Assembly: GCA_047284725.1 (NCBI GenBank)
Contig: JBJBEO010000001.1
Coordinates: 984,203 to 1,048,202 of the forward strand
DNA from: Synechococcus sp.
GTDB lineage: Bacteria; Cyanobacteriota; Cyanobacteriia; PCC-6307; Cyanobiaceae
DNA: 64,000 nucleotides
Reading direction: 5' to 3'
Shown: in pieces, positions 10,544 to 20,500 of the stretch
How positions within the stretch are numbered: position 1 is the first letter of the stretch
Layout: each line of letters opens with the position of its first letter
Translations under genes and position numbers: made by a program
Notes under the pieces: generated by a model
Told to the model about the DNA's origin: nothing
What the model saw: only the letters and a program-made list of their open reading frames with translations
The model's database searches: none

Positions 10544-12349
10544 TTAGATCACCAGGGCTTCGCCGGGCAGCAGCCCTGCTTGCACACGCCAGAGGTCGGC
10601 GTAGGCACCACCTCGGCGCAGCAGGGTTGGGTGATTGCCCTGTTCCACGATCCTGCCCTGGTCCATCACCACAATCTGATCAGCGTGCCTCACGGTGCTG
10701 AGACGATGGGCAATCACCAGTGTGGTGCGGTTGGCTGTGATGTGCATCAGGGATCGCTGGATCGCCGCTTCTGTTTCATTGTCGACAGCTGCGGTGGCTT
10801 CATCGAGTACCAGAATCGGTGCATTTTTCAGAATCGCCCTGGCCAGAGCGATGCGCTGGCGCTGTCCACCAGAGAGGCGTTGTCCCCGCTCCCCGACGAT
10901 GGTGTCGTAGCCCTGGGGCAGAGAGGTGATGAAGCCATCGGCTTCCGCCAACTGGGCGGCTTGGATCAGGGATTCGCGGGAGGTCTCCGGTGCGCCATAG
11001 GCGATGTTCTCGGCCACTGTGCCGTGGAAGAGATACACGTCTTGGCTGACCAGGGCGATGCAGCGTCGCAAGTCGCCCAGCTCAAGACTGTCGATCGGAT
11101 GACCATCGAGGAGGATCGTGCCGCCGCTCAGGGGATAGAGCCGCAGTAGCAATTTCACCAGAGTGCTCTTGCCTGAGCCGGTGGCACCCACGATGCCGAT
11201 GGTCTGCCCTGCCTTGATCTGCAGGCAGAAGTCTTTGAGCAGCAGCGGACGATCGCGGTAGTGGAAAGCCACATGGCGATACTCGATCGCTCCTCCCACC
11301 ACCTCGTGCGCCAAACGATTGGTGCCGCTGGTGATCTGGATCGGGGTATCGAGGAGATCGAGCACCCGGCGCGTGGAGGCCATTGAACGTTGGTAATCGT
11401 CGAGGGTGCGGCCCAGGGTGGTCAGCGGCCACAGCAGCCGCTGGGTGATGAACACCAGAAAGCTGTAGGTGCCGATCGACAGCTCACCTCGCCAGGTCTG
11501 CAAGCCGCCGATGAGCAGGATGGCGATGAAAGCAAACAGAATGGCGAAACGGATCAGAGGGATGAATGCTGCCGACAGGCGGATCGCTCGTCGGTTGCTC
11601 TGTCGGTAGGCATCGCTGGCTTGGCGGAGCCTCTCCAGCTCCCAGCCTTCAGCAGTGAAGCTCTTGATCGTGAGCATGCCGCTGAGGTTGTTGGCCAGGC
11701 GAGATCCAAGACTGCCGGCCTGATCACGCACCTCCCGATACAGCGGTGCAAGTCGCCGTTGGAATTGCAGGGACCCCCACAGAATCACTGGAATCGGCAG
11801 ATAGGCGAACAACGCGACCCCAGGAGCCAGCAGCGCCATTGCACCACCCACCAGCAGCACTGTGGTGACCAACTGCAGAATCTCGTTGGCGCCGCGATCG
11901 AGAAAGCGTTCGAGCTGATTGATGTCCTCATTGAGCACGGTCAGCAACCGGCCGCTGCTGTCGTGCTCGAAGAAGTCCATTTCCAGGTTCTGGAGATGGT
12001 CATAGGCCTCGAGACGCAGGCTGTGTTGCGTGGTTTGGGCCAGATTCCGCCAAAGCACGCCGTAGAGATATTCGAACAGGGATTCTGCCGTCCACACAAG
12101 AAATGACAGGGCTGCAAGCACCAGCAACTGCGTCGGGACTGTCGCTGCTCCCAGTTGTGCAAGCAAGGCCGTTTGTTGTTGATCACGGCTGCTGGCTGCA
12201 AGCACATCCACCGCAAGGGCAATCAACACAGGCGGTGCCAGATCAAACACCTTGTTCGTGATGGAGCAGAGCACTGCCCAGGCCACCAGGCGCTGTTGGG
12301 GTTTGAGGTGTTGCACTAACCGCTGCAGGGTTCGTCCCGTTGGATTCAA
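10544..12349 (-). CDS. ABC exporter, fused permease/ATPase (MsbA/MdlB-like)
   Basis: GATGSGKS, LSGGQRQR, LVLDEAT, IAHRLST. Start uncertain; TTG at 12349 chosen. Confidence 0.93.
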   Translation of the reverse strand: MNPTGRTLQRLVQHLKPQQRLVAWAVLCSITNKVFDLAPPVLIALAVDVLAASSRDQQQTALLAQLGAATVPTQLLVLAALSFLVWTAESLFEYLYGVLWRNLAQTTQHSLRLEAYDHLQNLEMDFFEHDSSGRLLTVLNEDINQLERFLDRGANEILQLVTTVLLVGGAMALLAPGVALFAYLPIPVILWGSLQFQRRLAPLYREVRDQAGSLGSRLANNLSGMLTIKSFTAEGWELERLRQASDAYRQSNRRAIRLSAAFIPLIRFAILFAFIAILLIGGLQTWRGELSIGTYSFLVFITQRLLWPLTTLGRTLDDYQRSMASTRRVLDLLDTPIQITSGTNRLAHEVVGGAIEYRHVAFHYRDRPLLLKDFCLQIKAGQTIGIVGATGSGKSTLVKLLLRLYPLSGGTILLDGHPIDSLELGDLRRCIALVSQDVYLFHGTVAENIAYGAPETSRESLIQAAQLAEADGFITSLPQGYDTIVGERGQRLSGGQRQRIALARAILKNAPILVLDEATAAVDNETEAAIQRSLMHITANRTTLVIAHRLSTVRHADQIVVMDQGRIVEQGNHPTLLRRGGAYADLWRVQAGLLPGEALVI

Positions 12350-12422
12350 GCGTTCTGTTGCGGATGAACGGTTTTTTCCTGCAGTCAGTTCTAGACCTGA
12401 ATCAGAGATCGATGAGGTGTCT

Positions 12423-12620
12423 ATGACCCGTTCCCGCTCGATCAATCGGTTCCATCGCTTTGTCGCCCGCAAGCGTCGCCGCGGTCTTCGCGCGGCGTTG
12501 CCTCATCTGCGGGTTGATCACTTCGAGATGAGTGAACCGATCGATGTTTCCGATCGGTTGATCAACCGCACCGCTGACGCGGATCTGCGTCAGGAGATGC
12601 AGGAGCTCTCCGACGCCTGA
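12423..12620 (+). CDS. Small hypothetical protein (basic N-terminus, acidic C-terminus)
   Basis: GAGGT SD-like site upstream of the ATG; 65-aa ORF filling the gap. Confidence 0.55.
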   Translation: MTRSRSINRFHRFVARKRRRGLRAALPHLRVDHFEMSEPIDVSDRLINRTADADLRQEMQELSDA

Positions 12621-12669
12621 AGGTTGATTGGGGCGAGCAAGTTTGATGCCTGAACGAAGTCCAGTCATC

Positions 12670-12695
12670 AAAAAGGCCACTACTCAGTAGTGGCC
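12670..12695 (-). terminator. Rho-independent terminator of rbp
   Basis: GGCCACTAC-TCA-GTAGTGGCC hairpin with AAAAA on the + strand (U-tract on the - strand), ~30 nt after the rbp stop. Confidence 0.75.
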
Positions 12696-12726
12696 GGCAA
12701 TGGATGGAAGGGCGACAGGCCTTCGA

Positions 12727-13032
12727 TCACCAGCGGTTGCCACCGCCACCGCCACCGTAGCCACCGCGGCCACCGCCACCACCGGTGCGCTCACGGGGGG
12801 TGGCTTTGTTGACGCGGATCATGCGACCCATCCATTCAACGTTCTGGAGATCGTCGATGGCTTTTTGTTCGTCGGCGTCGCTGTTCATTTCAACGAAGCC
12901 GAAACCCCGCTTGCGACCGGTTTCGCGGTCGAGGGGGAGGCTGGCGCTCTTCACCTCGCCGTACTGGCTGAACAGGTCAAGCAGATCTTCCTGCTCAGCC
13001 TGGAAGGAGAGGTTGCCGATGTAGATGGTCAT
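12727..13032 (-). CDS. rbp: RRM RNA-binding protein with Gly-rich tail (cyanobacterial Rbp family)
   Basis: RNP2 IYIGNL, RNP1 RGFGFVEM, GGGGGRGGYGGG tail. Confidence 0.95.
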   Translation of the reverse strand: MTIYIGNLSFQAEQEDLLDLFSQYGEVKSASLPLDRETGRKRGFGFVEMNSDADEQKAIDDLQNVEWMGRMIRVNKATPRERTGGGGGRGGYGGGGGGNRW

Positions 13033-13218
13033 TCCTGTGGGGACCGGTGGACGTTTGTGATCAGTGAAGCCGTGGTCCGAAAAGGAAGTCCTTGATGCTG
13101 AAGCTGGTGAGCTGAAGCCTGGGGGAGCGAGCCGATCAGAGCCGAACGCTGAAGCTGATGCCTGACCAAGCTACAGCGCAACAGGAGCGATTCGTTTTTT
13201 TAAAGGCGCGAGCCCGGT

Positions 13219-13509
13219 TCAGAGTTTGTAGCGGGCCGCTGCTTTTGTCTTGCAGCTTGCTTGTGCGGCCTCGATCGCTGCACCCGTTTTGACTTCGTTG
13301 AGGAAGCAGTCGCAGGTGAACGTTCCCATGCCATCGGGGGGTGTTTCCCCTGCCGTGTTCATGGCCGCATGGAACGCAGCTAGACAGAACTGAGTGATCA
13401 GTCCGTCGTCAGCGCGGCCGGCTCCCGACCCGCTCAGGAGTCCCATGGCCAGAGTGAAAGGCACCAGGCTGGCCTTCAAGAAAGCGGCAGGAGGTGGTGC
13501 CATGGCCAT
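13219..13509 (-). CDS. Hypothetical secreted protein with 4 Cys
   Basis: Signal-like N-terminus; C...CDC...C pattern; TGATG-coupled to the helicase. Confidence 0.6.
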   Translation of the reverse strand: MAMAPPPAAFLKASLVPFTLAMGLLSGSGAGRADDGLITQFCLAAFHAAMNTAGETPPDGMGTFTCDCFLNEVKTGAAIEAAQASCKTKAAARYKL

Positions 13510-15329
13510 CAGGATGCGGGACGAATTTGCAGTTCCTTGTTCATCACCTTGAGGCGCTGAAGGGAGTTGAAAACATCCTGAGGCATTCCCTTGGGCAGAT
13601 CCACAAAACTGTGCGATTCAAAAATCTGGATCCTTCCGATCATGCGGCCCTGCAAGCCAGATTCGTTGGCGATGGCTCCCACCAGATTGCCAGGTTTGAC
13701 CCGATCGCGATGGCCCACTTCCACGCGGAAGCGCTCCATGTTCTCTTCAGGGGGCCGGGATGCACGCTCCGGTCTGCGCCGATCACCACGATCGCTGAAG
13801 CGCCCGTCCCTGCGTTCGAAACGCTGTCCCTGCCGTCCAGTGTTCTGCAGCCAGCTTTCGTCGCCTTGCACCAGCAGCGGACCATCGCCCACCGCCAGGG
13901 TGAGAGCAGCAAGGGCAAGCCTGGAAGGTTCCAGATCGTGCTCCTGCGCAACGCGCTGCAGTATCTCCTGCAGCAGCACAGCTTCATCGGATTGCGCGGA
14001 GTCGGCAGTGGCTGCATCCGTCAGACGCTGACGAAGTTTGTCCAGGCGTGATTGGTTGATTTCAGCGTTGCTGGGAATGGCCATCGGCTCGATGGCCTGG
14101 CCAACGGCGCGCTCAAGGTTGTTGACGAAGCGGCGCTCTCTGGGTGTCACAAACAGGATGGCTTCACCACTGCGACCGGCTCGACCCGTGCGGCCGATGC
14201 GATGCACATAAGCCTCACTGTCAAAGGGCATGTCGTAGTTGATCACAAGTCCGATGCGATCAACATCGAGGCCGCGGGCTGCCACATCGGTGGCAACAAG
14301 GATGTTCACGGTGCCTTTGCGCAGCCGTTCAACGGTGCGCTCCCTCTGGTTCTGGGGAACATCGCCATTGAGAACCGCCACATCATGGCCAGCCGCTTCC
14401 AAGGATTCCGACACGTTGAGGGTGATCGCTTTGGTGCGGGCAAAAATGATCACCCCTTCACCCGTCACCGCCTCGAGGACCCGGTTCAAGGCTTCCAGTT
14501 TGTGACTGTTCTGAAGGGTGATGCAGCGCTGGCGAATCCGACGGGCTTCCTTGTCTTTTGTTTTGATCGTGATCTCTGCTGGTTCTCGTAGATAACGCTT
14601 CGACAGCCGTCGGATTTCCGACGGCATCGTGGCGGAGAACAGCACGACCTGGCGTTCTTCAGGCAGTTGATCAAGGATCCATTCGACGTCGTCGATGAAG
14701 CCCATCCGCAGCATTTCGTCGGCTTCGTCAAGCACGAGACTGCGCAGTCCGCTGGTATCGAGGGTGCCCTGGCGCATGTGGTCCATCACCCGGCCGGGCG
14801 TTCCAACCACCACGTCAACGCCACGTTTGAGGGTGTTGATCTGGGACCGGAAATCAGATCCGCCGTAGATCGCCAGCACCTTGAGATGGGGGTGACCTGC
14901 GGAGTAGGCCTTGAAGGAGTCGGCCACCTGCATCGCCAATTCCCGGGTGGGAGCCAGCACCAGGGCCTGGGGTTTGGAGGCATCCTTCTGGAGCCGTTCG
15001 AGCAGGGGGAGGGCAAAGGCGGCTGTCTTGCCGGTGCCGGTTTGGGCCTGGCCGACCAGATCACGGCCCAGCATCAGCTCAGGGAACGTGGCCGCCTGAA
15101 TTGGGGACGGTTCCTTGTAGCCCTTGGCGGCGAGGGTATTGAGCAGAGCTTCACTGAAGCCGAAACCTTCGAAACCGGAACTGGATTCGCTTGCAGGTTC
15201 GATCACTGTGGTGAACACATCGGCCGATTCAGCACTCTGTTCAGGTGTGGGGTCTGTCGTGGTCTGCAGATCTGTGGCGCTGAGATCCACTGAGCACGCG
15301 AAATCACCGTGCGCTGCACTCTGAGTCAT
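13509..15329 (-). CDS. deaD: DEAD-box RNA helicase, DeaD/CsdA type with DbpA-like C-terminal domain
   Basis: AQTGTGKT, PTRELA, DEAD, SAT, ARGLD, HRIGRTGR; C-terminal VGHRDRVKPGNLVGAIANE. Confidence 0.95.
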   Translation of the reverse strand: MTQSAAHGDFACSVDLSATDLQTTTDPTPEQSAESADVFTTVIEPASESSSGFEGFGFSEALLNTLAAKGYKEPSPIQAATFPELMLGRDLVGQAQTGTGKTAAFALPLLERLQKDASKPQALVLAPTRELAMQVADSFKAYSAGHPHLKVLAIYGGSDFRSQINTLKRGVDVVVGTPGRVMDHMRQGTLDTSGLRSLVLDEADEMLRMGFIDDVEWILDQLPEERQVVLFSATMPSEIRRLSKRYLREPAEITIKTKDKEARRIRQRCITLQNSHKLEALNRVLEAVTGEGVIIFARTKAITLNVSESLEAAGHDVAVLNGDVPQNQRERTVERLRKGTVNILVATDVAARGLDVDRIGLVINYDMPFDSEAYVHRIGRTGRAGRSGEAILFVTPRERRFVNNLERAVGQAIEPMAIPSNAEINQSRLDKLRQRLTDAATADSAQSDEAVLLQEILQRVAQEHDLEPSRLALAALTLAVGDGPLLVQGDESWLQNTGRQGQRFERRDGRFSDRGDRRRPERASRPPEENMERFRVEVGHRDRVKPGNLVGAIANESGLQGRMIGRIQIFESHSFVDLPKGMPQDVFNSLQRLKVMNKELQIRPAS

Positions 15330-15433
15330 GTTGAAAAGGCAGTGGCCTGATTGATCCCTTCAAGTCAGGCCTGCAAAGTCCAACACGGCCGTAACCGTTC
15401 TGATTGCTTGCCTTCCCCATCAAGGTTGATTCA

Positions 15434-15811
15434 TCAACTTAACACTCTGCCGAAATCATCTTCCAACCGTTCAATGTCGCTTTCCTGCAGGACTGCACCG
15501 TGCTGGACTTCGATCAGCAGCAGACCCTGGTCACCGGCTTGGGCACGATGAAGGGCCCCGCAGGGGATGGACAGCGTGCTGCCTGCGCGTGCTTCGCTCC
15601 AGGTGTCGTGACAGAACAGAGCTCCTGCACCTTCCGCAACCGTCCAGTTTTCGCTGCGATGGTGATGTCGTTGCAGGCTCAGACGTTGCCCTGGGTTGAG
15701 CCAAAGGCGTTTGAGCTTGTATTCAGGACCTTCGAGAAGATCCTCGTACCACCCCCAGGGGCGAATCACCCGTGTGTCTGTCTTGGTCACCGCAACCCTG
15801 CAGGGTTTCAA
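15434..15811 (-). CDS. Mannose-6-phosphate isomerase type II C-terminal cupin domain protein
   Basis: RPWGWY, LSLQRHHHRSENW, IEVQ, DIERLEDDFGR. The start may instead be GTG at 15790. Confidence 0.88.
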   Translation of the reverse strand: MKPCRVAVTKTDTRVIRPWGWYEDLLEGPEYKLKRLWLNPGQRLSLQRHHHRSENWTVAEGAGALFCHDTWSEARAGSTLSIPCGALHRAQAGDQGLLLIEVQHGAVLQESDIERLEDDFGRVLS

Positions 15812-15845
15812 GCATGGCGAGGCTGGTCCTTGCTGGCCAGCGGCA

Positions 15846-17507
15846 TCAGTCCTGAGGCGTGATCAGCAGCACCTTGTGACGGGCTCGGGTCAGTCCTGTG
15901 TAGGCCAGGCGGGGATCCTGATGACGTACTGGGGGGAGCAGCAGTGCTACCTCGGAGTACTGACTCCCCTGGGATTTATGCACCGTCAGGGCGAAGGCCG
16001 GCTCCGCGCCCGTCAGCTGTGCAGGGTGGAGCAGCCGTTGTCCTGGAAGCAAGACGCGGGTGTCATGAGCCCGCGTGACCACCACGCCGATGTCGCCATT
16101 GGCCAGCCCCTGGTCGGCTCGGTTGTGACGGTTGAGCACCGGAGTGCCTGAGGGCCAGTGCTGCACGGATCGTCGACTGTGATCTCCCAGGACAACGCGG
16201 TTGAGAGTCTCCACCCCCCAGGGGCCTTGTCGGACGGGGCTGAGGGCAACCCAGGCTTCGAGCTGTTCCAGCAGCGCGGCAGCATCGTCGGGGTGGGGTT
16301 GATCGCCGTGCCAGCGCAGGGCCGTGGCCAGAGCACTAAGGCGTGCTTGATGGGCCTGCAGATCGTTCAAAAGCAGCTTTGGCAGCTTCTGGGGTTTGGC
16401 CTCCAGCCATTGCACGTTGTCGTCGGGCTGCAGTCGACTGAGCTGCGCCTTGTTGAACCCTGAACTGCCCCCTGAGCTGCCTAGACGCAGTTGATGGGCC
16501 AGAGCTGCGATGGCACCGTTGTTGCGGTAAGTCGTCTGCAGTTCAACCGCCGCCGCTCCAAGCCGTTGGCGTCGCTGCGGTTGACTCAATTCCTGAAGCA
16601 CCGCCCCAGGGCCAACGGGGGGGAGCTGATCGGGATCACCCACCAGCAGCAACTGGGCCTGGTCTGGAAGGGCCTCGAGTAGGGCTTCCATCAAGGGAAG
16701 ATCCACCATGGAGACCTCATCCACCACGAGCAGATCAACCACCAGCGGCAGGCTGCGGTTGCGTCGGTAGCGGTTCTCCCCCTGGGCCTCCAGCAAGCGA
16801 TGCAGGGTGCTGCTCGGGAGGCTGCTCAGGTGTTGCGTGGCATCGGAATTCAGTGCCTGGCTTCCTGCGCTGACGGCCTGCTGCAGCCGTGCGGCGGCCT
16901 TGCCGGTCGGGGCAGCAAGCTGAATCCGGATCGCGGGATTGCAGGTCAGCGCCGCAGCCAGCATCTGCACCACCGTTGAGGTTTTGCCGGTGCCGGGCCC
17001 GCCGGTGAGCAGCACCAGGCGGTGTCGCAGCAGCGCGAGCACCGCCTGGGTCTGTTGCTCATCAAGACCCGCCTGCTTGGCTGCGGTCCGGGCGGCATTG
17101 CCTTGGTCGTCTGACAGGGCTCGTGGCAAGGCAGTGCTGCCGCGTTCGAGCAGCTGCTCGAGGCAGTGGTGCAGATGCCGATGCCAGCGCCGCCAGCGCA
17201 ACCAGTGGCCGTCCTGCACGATCGGAGCCTCCGGTGTCGCGTTGAGGACATCCGCGCTCACCAGCCAGCCGCACTCCTTCAGGGCGGTGATCACCTCATT
17301 GGGCCATGCCGTCGCCTCCAGCCCATCCGGTGCGGGCCCGTTGAGATCGAGCCCCAGCTCGCCCCGTTCGAGGGCGTCCGCGAGGGCCATCACAGCTGCT
17401 TCCCTGGTCGCTGTTGTCTCGGCCGTGGCCTCTCCCGTGGCGCCAGGGCGTTGCGGCACAAGGCGGGTCAGGCTTTCGGTCAGGGCCAGACCGAGGGCGC
17501 TGCTCAT
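15846..17507 (-). CDS. recD: Exodeoxyribonuclease V alpha subunit
   Basis: GGPGTGKT, PTGKAA, VVDEVSM, GDPDQL, TVHKSQGS, YTGLTRA. The ATG at 17507 overlaps the recB stop. Confidence 0.93.
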   Translation of the reverse strand: MSSALGLALTESLTRLVPQRPGATGEATAETTATREAAVMALADALERGELGLDLNGPAPDGLEATAWPNEVITALKECGWLVSADVLNATPEAPIVQDGHWLRWRRWHRHLHHCLEQLLERGSTALPRALSDDQGNAARTAAKQAGLDEQQTQAVLALLRHRLVLLTGGPGTGKTSTVVQMLAAALTCNPAIRIQLAAPTGKAAARLQQAVSAGSQALNSDATQHLSSLPSSTLHRLLEAQGENRYRRNRSLPLVVDLLVVDEVSMVDLPLMEALLEALPDQAQLLLVGDPDQLPPVGPGAVLQELSQPQRRQRLGAAAVELQTTYRNNGAIAALAHQLRLGSSGGSSGFNKAQLSRLQPDDNVQWLEAKPQKLPKLLLNDLQAHQARLSALATALRWHGDQPHPDDAAALLEQLEAWVALSPVRQGPWGVETLNRVVLGDHSRRSVQHWPSGTPVLNRHNRADQGLANGDIGVVVTRAHDTRVLLPGQRLLHPAQLTGAEPAFALTVHKSQGSQYSEVALLLPPVRHQDPRLAYTGLTRARHKVLLITPQD

Positions 17508-20500
17508 GGTTGTCCCTCCCGTAGCAACGCATCCAACGCCAAGACCCGCTCGAGGCTGGGTTGATCGACCAAAACACCAGGTGTTGGCGTTTCGTGCTTC
17601 TGGTGATCCTGCTCCAGGGCGCCAGGAACACCTCGGAGGAAGACGTAGGCATATCCCCCCAGGTGCTCTTCCGGCTTGTAGCCAGGCAGGCGCCAGTGGA
17701 GATAACGGTGCAGGGCAACCAGATAGAGGTGGGCCTGGAGCGGGTAATGGTTGCTCACCATCAGCTCCACCATGGCCTCCTGGGTGTAATTGGCGGGGCC
17801 GCATTGCTGCACCGTTCCCTGGCCATCCCGTTGCCCCAGCCAGTTGCTTTTCCAGTCAGCGACCCACCATTTCCCCTCCCAGCAGAAGACAAGGTCGATG
17901 GAGCCGGTGAGAAACCCTCGGCTGGCCACCTCCAAGAGGTTGAGCTGTTGGCCATAGTCCCCATCAAACAAACCTCCGGGATGGGCGATGAAGACGTTGG
18001 CCAGCCCACTGCTTCGCACCAGATGGTCCGGTTGCGTGTGGGCCAGTGGCAGGTCGAAATTCATCTCATTGAGCCATTTGCCGTTGTGCAGGTCACCCAG
18101 TCGGCAGGCGCCCAGCGCACCACCCATCGGCGTGTGCATCAGCTGGCACAAGCCCGTGATCAAGGTGTCGGTCCACTCAAGGCTCAGGCCAGCGCGGGGG
18201 AGTTCCTCGGCCACCACCACGCGGGCCTGGGCGTCATCTCCTGCGGCGAGGCTGCCGTAATCGATGCGCTCCAGGATGCGATGCAGGGCATCTCCAGGAC
18301 CCGCTCCACGAGGAAATTCGGCAAGAGGTCCGAGGCCGGGCCAGGACGTCTGCTTTTCGGGTAGGGGAGTTGTGCCGTCATCTGGGATCGATGCCGTCTG
18401 CTCCGCTCCCGGCTGCAAGTTGATGGCGTCGGTATCGCGTCCGTCTTCGCGCATCTCCGGCGGCACGGCGACTTGCGAGTGGGCCCAGGCTGAATAGCTC
18501 GCCCGTCCCCAGCGACTGTCGAGGGGCCGGGACGGTGTTGGACCAAGCGCAAGGGACCCCTGGGGGGGCTCTGGCTGCCAGGGTTGGAAGGTGTTGCCTA
18601 CCTGCGTCTCGCATCGATGCAGGGGCAGGTTGCGTTCCAGGCCGCCCTCCACCAGCCAGGGGCTCAGGGGGTTGGCTGGCTCAGCCAGATCCTCTCCAGG
18701 CCAGCCGAGCACCAGCAGGTGACAGGCGCGGGTACAGGCCACATAGGCCAGACGTTCGGCTTCAGCGGCCTGTGACCGTTGATCCTGCTGGGCTGCTTGC
18801 CGTCCCTGCCCCCAGTGGGGATTGAGGTGAAGATCCAGGTGGGGCTGAGCCTCAGGCGATGGCATCCAACGCCGTCCGAGTTGGCGGGCACCGGCCTTGA
18901 TCGCTTTGCTGCCTTTCCAGAGAAAGGGGCAGATCACCACGGGATATTCCAGCCCTTTGCTCCGGTGCACGGTCACCACGGCGATGGCGGATTCGGCCGC
19001 ATCGCTGCGGCACAAATGGGCCTCAGGGCTTTCGCCGTGGTCCTGGAGCCGCTGGCGCCTGAGCCAGTCGGCCGCCTGGAGTGCCCCCAGCCCCAGCTTG
19101 TGCATCTGTTCCTGCACCAGTTCAGCGGCCTGTTGCAGATCCGCCAGCGTTCGTCCTCGCAGAGAGAGGCGGGCTAATCCTTCGCTGCCCTGCAGTTGCG
19201 CCAGCACTGTGGTCAGTCCCTGGTGGGGTAAGCGCTCCGCCAGATTGCTCAGCGCAGCGGCGAGTTGATCCCAGTCCTGCGGCTGGGCGTTCTGGATGTC
19301 TGCTGCTGACCAGCCCAGCAGTGGTGATCCAGCCAGCAGACGCTGGCGACCGTTATGGCCTGGCAGCGCAAGAGCATCAAGAAAGCGTTGTAGAGCTGCG
19401 GCTCCAAGACTTTCAAACACATCGCCCTTGCTCACCAGACGACTGGGGAGATGGTGGCGTTCCAGGGCGGCCCTCAAAGCTTCCGCCTGGGAATGCTGGC
19501 TTACGAGCAGGCACAGATCCCCCGGTTCGAGAACGCGGCTTCCCTGCTCCGAGCGCAGCGGCCATTGCTCCTGCAGAAGCTGTTGGCAGAAGGTCGCCAC
19601 TTGGCTGTCGAGCTGATGGGGATCGAGGTTCAGCAGTTGGAGTGGTGATTGCCCATCCGGCAAGGCCAGTTCGCCTTTGTCGGCCATCGGCTCCACGGAA
19701 GGGACTGGCAGCTCGGAACGCCCCAGTCCTGGGCGCATCAGGGCGTTCAGGGCCTGAACCAGGGGCTCGCTCGAGCGGCGGTTCTCATAGAGCCCGTAGC
19801 AGTGCTTCGTCTTGCTCGCGGCTAGGCGATAGGTGGAGAGTTCGCCGCCGCGGAACCGATAGATCGCCTGTTTGGGGTCTCCCACCATCACCAGCAGGTG
19901 TTGGGGGGGATCCGCGGTGAAGGCCCGCTCCAGGATGCGCCATTGGATCGGATCGGTGTCCTGAAATTCATCGATCAGGGCCGCGCGGTAGCGCTGACCA
20001 ACGGCCTGGAGCAGCGGATTAATCGCACCGTCTCCAGTCCCTGGATCCAGTTGCTCGAGAAGTTGGCCGAAGCTCATCTGTCCGCTGCGCTCGCGGCGAC
20101 GCGTCAGCTCTTGGCGGCCCCAATGGCCGAAATGGAGCAGTACCGCTTCAGCGGGTCCATCCACCAGGTCTGCGATCGCTCTCAGCAGCTCCGCCTGAGG
20201 CAGCGACACCAGGTCGCCATGGGCTGCTGCCGCCACCTTGGTGAAGGGCCCGGGATGGAAATAGTTCTGCAGTTCGGCTTGGGTCAGAACAGCGTCGTAC
20301 CCGGGTGTGCGTCCCTTAAGGCTGGCGACCCAGCCCTGCACCTTCTGCAGTCGATCCGGTTTGGGTTTGAGGCGGTAGGGGCTGTAGGGCAACGCCAGGC
20401 TCTTGAGCTCGGCTGCGGCCGCGGCCAGGTCCTGTTCAAGAGCCTCTGCACTGCTGTCCCACAGCGTCAGAAATCGCTGCCATCGTCTGGGCCATGCATC

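Noticed and set aside
12350..12472. Extended N-termini from the ORF track (ABC exporter here; also lipA, recD, histidine kinase, psbY, AAA-ferredoxin)
   Set aside because: The extensions overlap neighbouring genes and lack family similarity, so downstream starts were chosen.
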